Source: Octopus vulgaris
Taxonomy: Eukaryota
Assembly (NCBI GenBank): GCA_951406725.2
Contig: OX597819.1
Coordinates: 3,472,001 to 3,536,000, forward strand
Direction: 5' to 3'
DNA length: 64,000 bases
In this document: positions 24,431-37,367 of the stretch, in pieces
Numbering within the stretch: the stretch's first letter is position 1
Layout: every line of letters starts with the position of its first letter
Program-made: the position numbers and the translations under genes
The notes under the pieces: model-generated
Told to the model about the DNA's origin: nothing
Database searches by the model: none
The model's input: the letters and a program-made list of their open reading frames with translations, nothing else

Positions 24431-26100
24431 TATTTGTAACTTGACAATGCTTTAGATCGGCACTGGCACGAAAATGTCTTCACGTGGTCTGGCAATTAGC
24501 TTCAATCTAGTAATTTCTTAGACCGAAAGTATTATTAGCCCATACCGTCACACAACGCCTTGCATTCTGTCCTGTAATTGGCTATCGTTAGGTTATACCT
24601 CTACAATCTAAGTTGACAGTCTTTGTAATTCCCGTACAGCTTAGACATCTGGCACAGGCTTTGGAGGCCATTCGACGCTCGGTTCAAGACTGAAATATTC
24701 CCATGAATAATGACAAAATCGTATAGGAACATCAAAACCTATCTTTCAAGAAACGCTATAAACATTTGTTATCTAACTTTACATAACTTCCTAAATTATT
24801 CCATAAAGTTGTCTTATTTAACGTTACTTTAGCGTAGATTCTAAGACATTGCTGTACTGCTCACATCTATGACGGCGCAACTGCTACAAAGGAAAATATT
24901 TTCATTTAAAGTTCATATCCAAAAAAATTTGCTTATTTGGCAAGTAGTCTCAAAGCTCTTCGTCTCGTTTTATAACAAGCTGTACTGTCTCCCAATGTAT
25001 CTTCTAGTCCTATTGTATCACCTCTCACGCCACGCAAATATTTACAATTTTAACCTTTCACTTTTCCAGATCACTTTCTCTGCAAGCAGACCCATATTTA
25101 AAAAGTAAATGCCTACAATCTCATTTTCAGCAACCCGAAGTAGTTACAGTGGTCTTTGAATTAACTATGATAAATTCTTTCGTTTTTAGACTAAAATATA
25201 TTGCGCAGACACAGCTTAGCGAAACATTTTAATAAGTTTAAAAACGAAGTAAAATAAGGAATAATTATTTCTACAATTGCAATGATTTAAAAAATTTCAA
25301 ATTTCAATAGAAATAGTTAGCGATATATCTACAACAAGCAGGCTCCTCCTCAAAAGCTCATATCTCAAATTCCTTTTCTGCGTTCGTTAGCTTTTAGTTA
25401 TTCAAGAGGAATATAAGAGTATCAATTCCACCTACTTTGTTTATAATAGGCTTATTTCATTCTGTGTTGGTCAAAGATTAAACTTTAAAATTTTCACTAT
25501 TTAAAGAAATGAAACTTTTTGAATTGATTTTTTTTTTTACTTTCAGGAGAGTCTTATCGACAATATTGGTAATTTAAATTCCCTATTTAAAACTAAAAAA
25601 GCTATTCAGCTAGAATCTAGTGATGTTCCCTTTCTACGTTATTTACAAGCGAAATCTTCCGTATACAAGCTAAATAAACTATCTCCGGATCATATACTCA
25701 CGGTGAAAATAATTATTTTCGATTTGGAGTAATTCAAATGAGTCAATTTAAACTAGCACTCTAGATTATCTTAACGTAATTGGACCAAACAGTTTTATGC
25801 CGATAAATTTTTTATATAAAAAAAAGAACGAAATATGTAGACTAAGATCAAAAACTACACAATGTTGCACGGTAATGTATTAAAATTACGAAAGTGTAAT
25901 GAGCATAAACATACAATTAAGAATACAATATATACTTAGAAAGTAAACAAGACAAAACAATATGCGGTTACTGAACTTCAAATTTAATAGGATTTCGACA
26001 GGTTTTCATTGAATACATAAACTTTTGGTTTAGAAAAGTTATTGGGACAAACACCATTCATATATCATTTATCAAAATTTACCAATAAATTTGGTAAAAC

Positions 26101-26739
26101 TTAAGGAACCTTTTTGAGTATTGTATCTCTAAGGCCATCATAAAACCCTGCAAGGGAATTAGGCATTGCCGAATCAACAATTTCGGTTGGTAACCTACCT
26201 CGAAGGTCTGGTTGTAATAAGCTTAGCAAATTAGTTTTGTTTGCATCTCCAGGAACTTTAATGCACACCAAAGCACATGGGTGATCGAAACCCCGAACAA
26301 AGTCTGCTACCGGTGGACATTTCGAATACTCAATACTAACTGCACAGGTAGCTATGAATTTATCGTTTTCCACATTGAATATAAGATCCACGAAATCTCT
26401 TGGGGATATGATATTTATTACTTCAGCCCCAGTGTACATTCGTGCTATTTTCAAATTAGGACTCAATACTTCAAGACACTCGATACCAGCCATTCTTTTA
26501 TCCCATTGAAGGCGGAGAGAATCAGGTGACGGGTCTAAATATTGAAATACAGTATCAGGGGATGCTTCAATTATTCCCTCAGCTTTGTATAAATTACCAT
26601 TAAATTCTGTTGATTTACGAGAAGATACAATAACATTTGGCTTATCCACAATAACTTTCCATCCATTTCCATCTTCCATGTAATCTTCTACTGTAGAAAG
26701 TAATTTCTTGGCGAGGTTTTCGTAATCTTCCTTTGACAT
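26101..26739 (-). CDS. STARD5-like: StAR-related lipid transfer (START) domain protein, STARD4/5/6 subfamily, STARD5-like (212 aa)
   Basis: Intact ORF with GWK, EFNGNLYKAEGII, LRLQWD, ISPRDFVDL, CPPVADFVRGFDHPC and DLRGRLP...VDS motifs, closely colinear with vertebrate STARD5. ATG at 26739 lies 9 nt after a splice acceptor. Confidence 0.93.
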   Translation of the reverse strand: MSKEDYENLAKKLLSTVEDYMEDGNGWKVIVDKPNVIVSSRKSTEFNGNLYKAEGIIEASPDTVFQYLDPSPDSLRLQWDKRMAGIECLEVLSPNLKIARMYTGAEVINIISPRDFVDLIFNVENDKFIATCAVSIEYSKCPPVADFVRGFDHPCALVCIKVPGDANKTNLLSLLQPDLRGRLPTEIVDSAMPNSLAGFYDGLRDTILKKVP

Positions 26740-26748
26740 AGTGAAGAG

Positions 26749-26995
26749 CTGAAAATAATATACCTTCATATTATTTCATGAAAATTATCATTATAGTTTC
26801 TATATTTCTGAGAAGAATATAGTATTCATTAAAAACGGATTTTATTTCAATAAAGCAAAAAAAAAAAAGTGTTATTGTAATAAGTTTAAATACCAATCGG
26901 TCAAAAAAAGAAAATGCAGCATACGGAGAATTATTTTTAGAATGAAAACTCTCTCTGCTCATACAGAGAAAGAAAGGCGTACTTCCGAAACTTAC
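26749..26995 (-). other. Predicted 247-nt 5'-UTR intron of the START gene
   Basis: Donor GAG|GTAAGT at 26995 and acceptor TATTTTCAG| ending at 26749. Confidence 0.55.
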
Positions 26996-27059
26996 CTCAA
27001 GGAAACCTATACTCGTTCACTTTGACATTTGGCAAATGCTCCATTAAACGGCATTTATG

Positions 27060-27068
27060 TTTTATATA
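27060..27068 (-). promoter_or_regulatory. Candidate TATA box of the START gene
   Basis: TATATAAAA on the minus strand about 65 nt upstream of the predicted donor, implying a first exon of about 40 nt. Confidence 0.4.
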
Positions 27069-27597
27069 TGTGTACACACAAACAAATAAGTGTGTGCATT
27101 TGTTTGAATCTGATTTTTAAAACGAGGTTGTCTAATATTTTATAACGAAGAACATTCTAAGCATTATTATTTTGGGATCAAATCATTCTGACAGTCAATT
27201 AATAACGAATATTTTCGTTGATGGTCTAACCAATAATTTTTTCACGAGATATACAGTTAAATTTTTTAAGTATTGCTATGGTGAGAACCACATTGATAGT
27301 AAAGACTTTCAAACTAAAATTTATGTTTAATCAAACTGATTAAAGGTGAACGCAAAACGAAATTCTCTCATGATAGAATAATTAAGTTTTCAATTCTGTT
27401 TAAGTTACTGTGTATTCTAATTTTTATAAACGAGATATGTGACAATAGTCACTAGAGATCCTACAAATTGGATGGAATGTTTTTACGATGGTACGGAATT
27501 TCAAAAATGCCTGGCATAATTGAATGGAAAACAAATTTCGGATAAGGATATTTCTCGGTCTGTCGGAGAAAAAAAGACATATGCTAATTTTATTCCT

Positions 27598-28025
27598 TTA
27601 TCTTTCCTTTATTTTGGTCACTGGACTGTAGCAATGCAGGAGAACCTCCTGGAAGAATTTGGTCGAACAATTCCATCCCAGTACTTATTTTTTAAAAGTC
27701 TGGTACTTATTCTAACGGTTTTTATTGCTAAACCGCTAAGTTACGGAACGTAAACAAATCATCACTGGTTGTCAAACGATGGTTATTATTTGTGGTGGTG
27801 GTGATGGAGGGCACAAACACAAACATATGTACACACACACACACACATGTATACATACATACGCGATAGGCTTCCGCAATTTCCGCCTAAAAAATTCATT
27901 CATGAGGCATTGGTCGATCTGGGCTATAGCAGAGGACATTTACCCAACGTTCCGCGCAATGGGACTGAACCTGAAACCACGTGGTTGCAAAGCGAACTTC
28001 TTAGCCACACAACCATGCCTCCACC
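27598..28025 (-). mobile_element. SINE family 2, diverged
   Basis: Colinear with the 44751-45163 copy, including the internal (CA)n tract. Confidence 0.8.
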
Positions 28026-28173
28026 TATGCTAAATTTAGTTGTAATTTTAGCAAACCCCCCAACAAAAAAAAAAAAACCCAACAAAAAACGTAATATTTT
28101 TGGTAGGAAATTTATGAGAGGATACATCAAGAATTTTCCAGTGGAGAATTTATTCTTGTTTTTCCAAATATTG

Positions 28174-28593
28174 GGATCTATTCGGTTTAAACGGCAGTTT
28201 TTAACATAATTTCTAGGTAACTAAAAAATGTTAAACTTCGTATACTGGTAGAATGTGTTTATAAAGCATCTTTTTCTCTTGGTTTTATTGAGAAAATTCT
28301 GTAGTTTGTAGGATATTTGTTGTCTTTTTTCTTCATTTCTGCAATTTCAACCAATCAGTGACGTCTATTGAGTTAAAAAGCATTCTGCGCCGTATGAATA
28401 TGTTCGTCGTTTAAGAAATAGATTGGGTTTATTTACATTTGTGAAGAAAAAAAGATACCCTTCCCCCACCCCTAACCCTAACCCTAACCCTAAAAGAGAT
28501 TGAAATGCAATAGATCGATTCTAGGGTCATAATTATGGGTGACAATTTCATATGACATCGCTAGAAAAACTGCCGTTCAAACCGAAAAGATCC
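28174..28593. mobile_element. MITE with 29-bp imperfect TIRs and internal (CCCTAA)4
   Basis: GGATCTATTCGGTTTAAACGGCAGTTTTT vs AAAAACTGCCGTTCAAACCGAAAAGATCC; telomere-type repeats at about 28469-28493. Confidence 0.8.
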
Positions 28594-28686
28594 GAATTTT
28601 TCTTGATATTGTACTCTAGTATTAACAGATAGAATCGGAAAGAAGATATAACCACTGACGATTTTCAGTTGAAAATAAATTATATT

Positions 28687-28842
28687 GGTTTCAAATTTTG
28701 GCACAAGGCCATCAATTTCATAAGAGGAACCAAGTCAATTTAATCGACACCCGTGCGTAACTGGTGTTTATTTGTCGACCACGAAAGGATGAAAGGCAAA
28801 GTCGACTTCGAACGTAAAGACGAACGAAATGCTCCTAAGCTA
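28687..28842 (-). mobile_element. SINE family 1, tail B, 5'-truncated
   Basis: GGTTTCAAATTTTGGCACAAGGCC tail and GAAAGGATGAAAGGCAAAGTCGAC core on the plus strand. Confidence 0.8.
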
Positions 28843-28854
28843 ATGCTCCTAATG

Positions 28855-28990
28855 CTTCTTCTTCTTCTTCTTCTTCTTCTTCTTCTTCTTCTTCTTCTTT
28901 TTCTTCTTTTTCTTCTTCTTCTTCTTTTTCTTCTTTTTCTTCTTCTTCTTCTTCTTCTTCTTCTTCTTCTTCGTCTTCTTCTTCTTCTTC
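28855..28990. repeat. (CTT)n microsatellite at the 3' end of an R4/Dong LINE
   Basis: Direct reading of the sequence. Confidence 0.95.
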
Positions 28991-30036
28991 TATGTTTGAC
29001 TTTTGCTTTATATTTGTACAAGTTGGTTCCAAGTCTCACCCAGAGACCTCAAGAGACAACAGGTTGGAGGTTCATGTTGTTGTTATGCCTAGTGTGCCAT
29101 ATATTTGGTTTTTTTCTTCGTGTTGTACTAGTGAATGTCCAAAAAAATAAAAAAGGAAACTTATATTTGTTTTAAACCCTGAGATTACATAGAAAGTATT
29201 TTGCGTAGGATATGAGCAGTTTCCATGAGCACTATGAGCAGTTTCCATGAGCCATTTTGGGGTTTCCTGGTATATGAGTTAGGTAAGCAATCAGCCTCTT
29301 TCGCTATCATTCCCAGGGCACCTATGACAACAGGCATTGTTTTAGTTTTCAGGTTCCACATTTTGCTGATTTCTATTTCAAGATCTTTATATTTGCTCAT
29401 TTTTTGGTAGGTCTTGACAGATACGTTTATGTCGATTGGGACAGTCATATCAATGAGAAGGCATGATGTTTGTCTGAAGTCTTTCAATATGATGTCTGGC
29501 CTATTCGCATCTATCTTTCTATCAGTTTGAATGGTGAAGTTCCAGAGGAGTGAGATGTGGTCATTTTCAAGCACTGGAGGTGGTTTGTGTTCCCACCAGT
29601 TTTTTTTCATGGGCAAATCCAGGTTTTTGCAAATTACCCAGTGAATATATTGTGCAGCTCTATTATGCCTGTTGAGATACTCTCTATGCGCAAGAAGACT
29701 GCACTTGGAGACAACATGGTCAATGGTTTCATTTTGTTGTTGACATACACGACATTTTGGGCTACTGCCGTTCTTTAATATGTTGGCCTGGTAGTTCCTT
29801 GTAGGTAGGCATTAATCTTGGGCTGCTATGATAAACCCTTCTGTTTCAGATTTTAAGCCAGAGGCCATTAGCCATTGATGGGTCAGGGCTTTGTCAACAT
29901 CTGCATTATTCGCTTTGGGTATTTGCCATAGAGAGGTTTTTTTTGCCATTTATCATTCAGAATAAGGCCGCAGTTTTAGCACGGGTTTTCATGCGCTTAG
30001 CTTTTTCTGTGCTTGTTTCTTGTATGTCTAATTCCG
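28991..30036 (-). mobile_element. R4/Dong-clade non-LTR retrotransposon, 5'-truncated (restriction-like endonuclease domain)
   Basis: LKSETEGFIIAAQD, Cys/His knuckle region, then LLWNFTIQTDRKIDANRPDII...LLIDMTVP...KYKDL...PVVIGALG (PD-(D/E)xK RLE). Confidence 0.85.
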
Positions 30037-30083
30037 TTATTATTATTATTATTATTATTGTTATTATTATTATTATTATTATT

Positions 30084-30118
<35 letters not shown>

Positions 30119-30158
30119 TATTATTATTATTATCATTATTATTATTATCATTATTATT

Positions 30159-30229
<71 letters not shown>

Positions 30230-30254
30230 CATCATTATTATTATTATCATTATT

Positions 30255-30322
<68 letters not shown>

Positions 30323-30327
30323 TATTA
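30037..30327. repeat. (ATT)n/(ATC)n microsatellite
   Basis: Direct reading; lies between two R4/Dong fragments. Confidence 0.95.
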
Positions 30328-30329
30328 AT

Positions 30330-31130
30330 TAATTTTTTTTTTGCCTTTATCACATGTTTTGTTGGAGCTCCTGGAGTCTTGCATGTGTAGAGGGCTTACT
30401 GCCTGCAGCCTACGGTACCATGCTATCTGTTCTTTACCACTGTCTAATACTTATCTGATTATTCTGGCCGTGCCAAGGAGGTAAATCTTTTGTAACAGTT
30501 CTACTGAGCACTCTATTGCAATTTCCTTTATATTTCTCTTGGTACCTTCTGATACTGCTCCCAAGCACCCAACAATAATTGGTACTATCTCCCCCTTCTT
30601 CATTTTCCATAGCCGGGTTATTTCTTACTTAAGCGGGTTGTATCCATCTATCTTTTCGCTTTTCTTCTTGACTATTCGGGGTCAAAAGGGCATGCAACGT
30701 CAGCTATATAGCATATGTAGTGAACCATGTCTACCACCATTAGGAGACACTCATTCTTCAGGTTGACCCTCCATTTCGTGGCCAGAGCTTAGTCCTGCGC
30801 TGCCAGTATAGTGCTCTCGGTCTCTTTTTTTTTAAGGTTCTTTCATCAGCCAATCCTACCTATTTTCTTCCAACAACTTTTGTTGTGGCTACATGGAATG
30901 GATTGTGTAGTCCCTTCTTGCGTAGTTCTTCTTCATGTACTTTTTGCACTTATTCCTTTGTTTTCCCCTTTTTCTCTGCTCTCAATACTCCCTTGTTCCT
31001 AACTGCCACTAGCAAAGTTTCCTTATTTGGGGCTAGGTATCTCATTAAACTCTCGTGTCCGATACGCACTCAGTCTTCCACACTTATCAGTCCCCTTCCT
31101 CCGTTTTCTCTCTTTAGGTATAGGTGATCA
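30330..31130 (-). mobile_element. Second, older R4/Dong-family fragment
   Basis: Minus-strand peptide EITRLWKMKKGEIVPIIVGCLGAVS...VELLQKIYLLGTARII; 3' end runs into (TAA)n. Confidence 0.7.
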
Positions 31131-31139
31131 GTGTCTGTA

Positions 31140-33270
31140 CGTGGATGATGGGCTCCAAGCAAGGAGGATGGTGCGCATAAAGATAGCTAGGATACTACCA
31201 AAAGTAAACCTGTGGTGGATTCTCGCAGCGATCGTTTTGGAAAGGAGCAACAGTCTCCTATAAGCCAAAAGGACATGACGTGAAAATTTGTCTGGCACTA
31301 GTGTGGAGGAATGCCTCCATATTCAACCAGGGACTATTCACAAGATCTCCAGGAAAGGAAGAATTACATGTCGCATTGGAGGGTAGAAGGCCACGGTACC
31401 ACCTGTGTGGAGCGACAGTATAATTGAGCGACAGAGAACCATGGCAGTCTCTTACTGCCAACACCAGGACCTCAAAAGCACCAACAACGGCATCGTTATC
31501 AACAAGAACAGCAAAACCAAGAAACTAAGGAAAATCACCAACAACACCAGCAACAGATGCATCAGCTTTACTCCCCTTAACAGCAGAAGAGATAATACAT
31601 AAGAACACACTCAGCATTTTAGGCCTATAACTCTGCTAAACGCAGATTATAAGATTTTGGCCAAGGTATTAGCCAAGAGATTTGCGCTTGCCGTCGGTAA
31701 GCTGGTCGGTAACTTGCAAACATGCGCTATTCCGAACTGATCTATCCACGACAACCTCCACCTCACGCGCTACATCATAGAGAGGGTAGGGAAGGAAGCT
31801 GACATGGGTGGGGCCCTGATCAATTTTGATCAATCAACAGTTTTTGACAGGGTCCACCATCAATACATGGAGGTTGTACTCGCAGCGGTCAGTTTCGGTC
31901 CTGTTTTCAGAGGCTGGATCACTGCAATATTTAACGGCATCTGTTCTGTGGTCAAAGTAAACGGCCATCTTTCGGAATCGTTTAGCATCGCTCGCTCTTT
32001 CCGTAAAGGATGCCCACTCTCTCCCCTTCTGTACGTGCTGGTTCCGGAATCATTACTGAGGAAGTTGGATATTTCGAGGGACATCTACGTGATCTAGGAT
32101 GCGGAAGGTTCGTGTCGATTTATGAGGACGACGTCACCGAAATAGTGTCGGAAAGCTCGGAAATCGAGATGATCGGTTTTACTTTAAGAGAGTACAAAGC
32201 GGTCACAGTAGCAAAAAGGAATCGGGACAAGTCGGTGGGCCTGCAATTCGTCACCTGGAGAGGCGGATCCATGCCGACCGACAGCGTGGTAGGGCGCTGG
32301 ACAGAAGGACCAGTTAAATTGGCCGGTGTCTGGTTTGGTCCGGGCGTCCAGGTAGACAAGAACTGGGGGGAGGTGACGAGCAAGGTAGCCAATCTCACCT
32401 AGAAATGGGCAGAGACGAAGCTGTCCCTGAAAGATCGGACAGAGGTGGTAAACGCGTACATCACTTCCGTAATCTACTATCGCCTGACCGTCGTCCATTG
32501 CCCTGTTTCATGGCTGACCACGAAACAGGGCAATCTGGAACGCTTGCTCTTCCGCTTTCTGTAGAGGGTTCGTGTTCCACTCATCAGACGGTCCATCTAC
32601 TGTCAACAGCCACTGAGTAGAGAACTGGGCATGCCGTAGCTAATGTGGTTGCTGTTTGTCAAGCAGAATTTTGCCCAGCTCGTCTCATTGACAGAGCTAC
32701 AGTCCTGCATCAAACGTAGACCAAGAAAGGTACTTGGCACCTGGAGTGTCGGCAAGTGCTCACAGCTATTTGGCAGTCGGGCAACGCGGTCGGTGGAAGT
32801 TCTACCATGGAGTTCTGTAGGGGATTAGTGGTGGGCAAGAGCAACGATGTCCTCGGGGAAACTCTGGGCGTTGGTTGGAAGGGATCAATTAACTAGTCTT
32901 TTCCGGAGAACTTTCGGGCTGGAGCTTATGGATAACTTCCAGAAATCCCTGGCCTGGCAGTGCTACCGGTTCGAGACAAGCTCTGCAGACACAGAAGTGC
33001 TGTCAGACAGACCTGTCCGAGGTGTGCGCAGGGCGACGAAACCGCCCTGCACGCACTCGTCCAGTGTCTTTGCATTACTGACTTGTGGAGCTTTGTCGAA
33101 CAGCTGTTATCACGTGTAGGACGGATTCGGTTATCAGCCGAGTCCATCATGAAGATCGCCCCGCCACCTTCCTTTGGTCGAGAAGAAAAGGCAGTTTTCC
33201 TCTGTCTGGTGGCTATAGCAAAGGAAATAGTGTGGTGAACGAGATTGAAATGACTGAAGACGGATACTTT
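31140..33270 (+). mobile_element. Second Tx1-clade LINE, internally deleted and decayed
   Basis: ORF1 remnants (VRIKIARILPKVNLWWILAAI, EELHVALEGRRPR) and ORF2 remnants (FRPITLLNADYKILAK, GCPLSPLLY, YEDDV, CPRC..ETALHALVQC) homologous to the element at 1.2-6.5 kb. Confidence 0.88.
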
Positions 33271-33330
33271 CTGACTTCAAATTCCACCGAAGTCGACTTT
33301 GCCTTTCATTCTTGTGGCAAAAATTTGGAA
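33269..33330 (+). mobile_element. SINE family 1 fragment abutting the Tx1 3' side
   Basis: TTCTGACTTCAAATTCCACCGAAGTCGACTTTGCCTTTCATTC matches the B-box and core of family 1. Confidence 0.75.
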
Positions 33331-34669
33331 TAATAATAATGGTAATAATACTAATAATAATAGTTATTATTATTGCTGTGGTTGTTGCTCTGTGATAAGA
33401 TTTAATGCACAAATATATTTTATAAACTTAGCTTTGAAACTGTAAACACATGTAAAAGCAAATTCTCTCCGTATTTAGAAGAGTGATTGACTTAGCATGG
33501 TGTTTCTCGGAAGGCAAGTACACATTACTGTTCGGCTTACAAAGATAGCTTATAGTAAATAGCTATTTACATCAAGCACCAACCAAAACTGAACTGATAT
33601 GGCCAGTATAATTTCCATTTTAAATTTCTAAAATCTTATCTACAGAATATAGGAATCATATTCAACCACTCTGTCATTCTGCTTTTCTGAGTTGTTTCGA
33701 GTCGTTCCTGTTTGTCAATCGATCTCTGATGATATCTTGAGCTTTAACTGAGCAATAGCTGCAGTCGTAATTTTGAAGCGATTCCTGGCGCATTGCATTT
33801 TGATCGAAGTGTCTACGCCCCTCCAATCTTGTAGGAAAAGAAATCTATACTTTAATATGGCCGTATATTTTTCAATACATATTATGGGAATATGATATTA
33901 TTAACTCATATAGTCTTCTTCATATTTTAATTTTGAATACAGTGCTTCAAGTTTATACTAGAATTATACAAGATTATTTACATGGGTTCGAAATACAGGG
34001 TTGCCATATTTCTTCAACATGTTGACATGCTAATGTTTTTCTCTGTTTAAGAGTCTCAGCAAAAACACCTATAATTATCACTAGGTTTCCGAATCTAATG
34101 ACGATTCATTACAGAATTGGTGACGTTTCGCATTTCATTATGCCCGTGGCGCTGTCTTCGCGATCTCAGTCGAGAATATTTCGCATCTTTAACGTCGGCA
34201 ATGCTCTCTGTTCAAAATGGCTTCAATCAATCCCCAATATAGAAATAGTAAATTTCTATATTCAAGTTGTTAGTTGAATTACTATGATGATTTACTGACA
34301 GTAGTTTATTAAGGCAGGTCTTTATTAATGAAATGACTCACAAAGAAGCTTTCTCTAAATCACTATCAGACATTTCTTATATCTTAGATTCATCTCATTG
34401 AACTTGTCAGGAAATTAAATCCTGGTCAGAGCACTGATGTATTTACTATTGATGGGCAAATTAAGTGTTTACTATTGATGCTATTTGAATAATTTATAAA
34501 GATTTCAATAGTGTCATTGTTTACTATAGTAAATAGTTCTAGTAAAATACACATGCTAATAAGTCTGCGATTTCGTTTACGGAAATCTTGGCATCAAACT
34601 GAAACGTAATGGTAACGTTATACAACATGAACTGTTGAATAATCTCTAAAATGCATGTACATTTTGGAT

Positions 34670-35120
<451 letters not shown>

Positions 35121-37040
35121 GTGAGAGCAGATAAAAAGTGAGGTGAGAAAGTAGAGGTTTATTATATTCGTTTACAATATTGATAGTCATATAATAAATG
35201 TTATGTCAATATTAACACACATAACGAGTATACATGTACATGGATATATGTGCGTGCGTATACCCATATATAGAAGGGGCTGATATAGGAACCAACAGAT
35301 TAATCCTGAGAACGATTCATGGTAGTTGAAAACATCACCTCTACCATAGAGAATATGCTTAACAGGCAATAGATGTATTCTGCATGTTGCAATTTATGAT
35401 TTACATTAAGGGAGCGATGTGCTGCTATATCTCAGGTATGGTTTTGGTATAGTATGGGTAATCTGTGGATAGCCTTGTTACTAGTTGTTAGGTTCACGCG
35501 AGCGCTTTCTGATCAAAGATCCTTCTTCAGATGTTCTTTACAGTAGCCTTTAAGGAGAAGATATGTGGCCCGGCGGGACTGGTGAGGATAATGTGTTGGC
35601 ATATCTCAGGCAATATAGTTATGGTTGGATTTGTGAATTGTTCCAGAAACATTGTTTTCGGGGGTTTTTTTTTGAAGTTTGTGAAGTTTACTAAACTTTT
35701 AAAAAACCTTTTCCTTAAGCAATTGTTTCATTAAGCGGTGTTTTGAGATTTCTTCTCTTGTCTTCTTCTTTACTGCTTCAAACTTCTTTTAACTCCTCTT
35801 CACTTAACTTCCTTTAATTTATTCAGTTGCAGTATTTCATCCACCCCTTTACCTTCCTAACCTTTCCTACTTACGGCGTCACCATGTTATCTTTCTTTTA
35901 AGAGAGCAACGTCCACAGAACAGTACAAATTCAGAGGGAGAAGCAGTAAATAAAACAGCAAAAAAAAAAAAAAATCGGAAAAAAAGCTCAGCCGAATTCC
36001 AAATAAACAGAAAAATATAAAAGTAAATAATAAAATAGGTTTATCAAAGAAGATATGGGTTCTAAGATAGAAATATTTTCCAAAGGTTAGGCTGACCAAT
36101 CTAGTATTAATTTAGGGTGAATAAATAAATATATAAATAAATGATATCAATAAATAACATCAATAATGAAAAGTTATACCGTCAGAAAGAAGAGTGGGAC
36201 ATAAAAGGTGAACAAAATAAGCGAGGCATGAGTTGTAGAAATTTTACGCTCCACTGGTTTTGAGGAATGGCACCGTATTTTCAAGAACATTGATATGGCA
36301 ACCACTTCAGACGTGTTCCCATTATGTGAACTATCGCAAACACATTAGCCCTCGCGCTAATACATTTATATATGAGTATTAGCAAGAACATTCATATGCA
36401 TTTATACATACCTACGTTCGAGCACACATTCATACACACACACATACGCAAGCACATACACACACGCACACATACACGCATGCACGCACGCACGCGCGCA
36501 CACAAACAAACACACATACTTATTGTTCAAATGTGCAAAAAACAAAAGACAGAGACAGGTGAAGAAAGTGTATTAGTTTGACGCTGAGGAAAAATTAAGT
36601 CTTTGATGATTCGAGCCTACGTTCTTCGACAGAAAGGAATTAGGAGAGAAAGCACAAAGAAAAGAAAACAGAGAGAGGAAATAAACGTGTCTGGATCATA
36701 TGTTAGCCGTCATTTGATGTGTAATTTTGAAAATATACTTTTACCGTCATGAATAATATTAAAAAATATGGAATAAATGCAATAATTATAATTTAAATTT
36801 TATTAAATTTCTAAAAAAAGATTGAATTGGATAGCAATTTTCCAGAGAAAAAAATTATTAGCTTAAAGTAAAATGAAATAAAATTATTAAAAATGTAAAA
36901 CAGAAAATTGAAAGTAAAATTTCAATGTTCTGTTGATTTCATATTAAGGATGTTCACACACACTGACTCTCTGTCTGTTTGTCTGTCTGTAAGTTTGTCT
37001 GTTTGGTTAGCTGCCTCTCTCTCGCTTTCTCTCTCTGTAT

Positions 37041-37097
<57 letters not shown>

Positions 37098-37175
37098 CTC
37101 CATCTCATTCTCCGTTGCCGTTATTCCTTCTTGCACTATCTCTCTCTCTAACTCTATCTCTCTCTAAAACACACA

Positions 37176-37215
<40 letters not shown>

Positions 37216-37367
37216 CGTGCGAGCGTGTGTGTAGCGTTTGTGTACTCATTATGTCTCAAGTGTAGTTTGTGCACTCATCCTACACCTCTTAAGTCAACTC
37301 TCTCTGTTTCTGTCTTTTACTCTCTTCTTCCCTTTCTCTATATGATGTAAAGCGTGAATAGAGAATC

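Noticed and set aside
26740-26769. N-terminal extension MKVYYFQLFT of the START ORF
   Set aside because: Overlaps a polypyrimidine tract and CAG acceptor; the ATG at 26739 gives the expected length for the family.
28469-28493. Telomere or chromosome-fusion scar
   Set aside because: Only four units, internal to a TIR element.
28740-30390. Poly-R/L/E/I/N ORFs
   Set aside because: Produced by (CTT)n and (ATT)n tracts.
35280-36100. Possible 5' part of another Penelope element or a host exon on the minus strand
   Set aside because: No motif I could identify with confidence; many stop codons.
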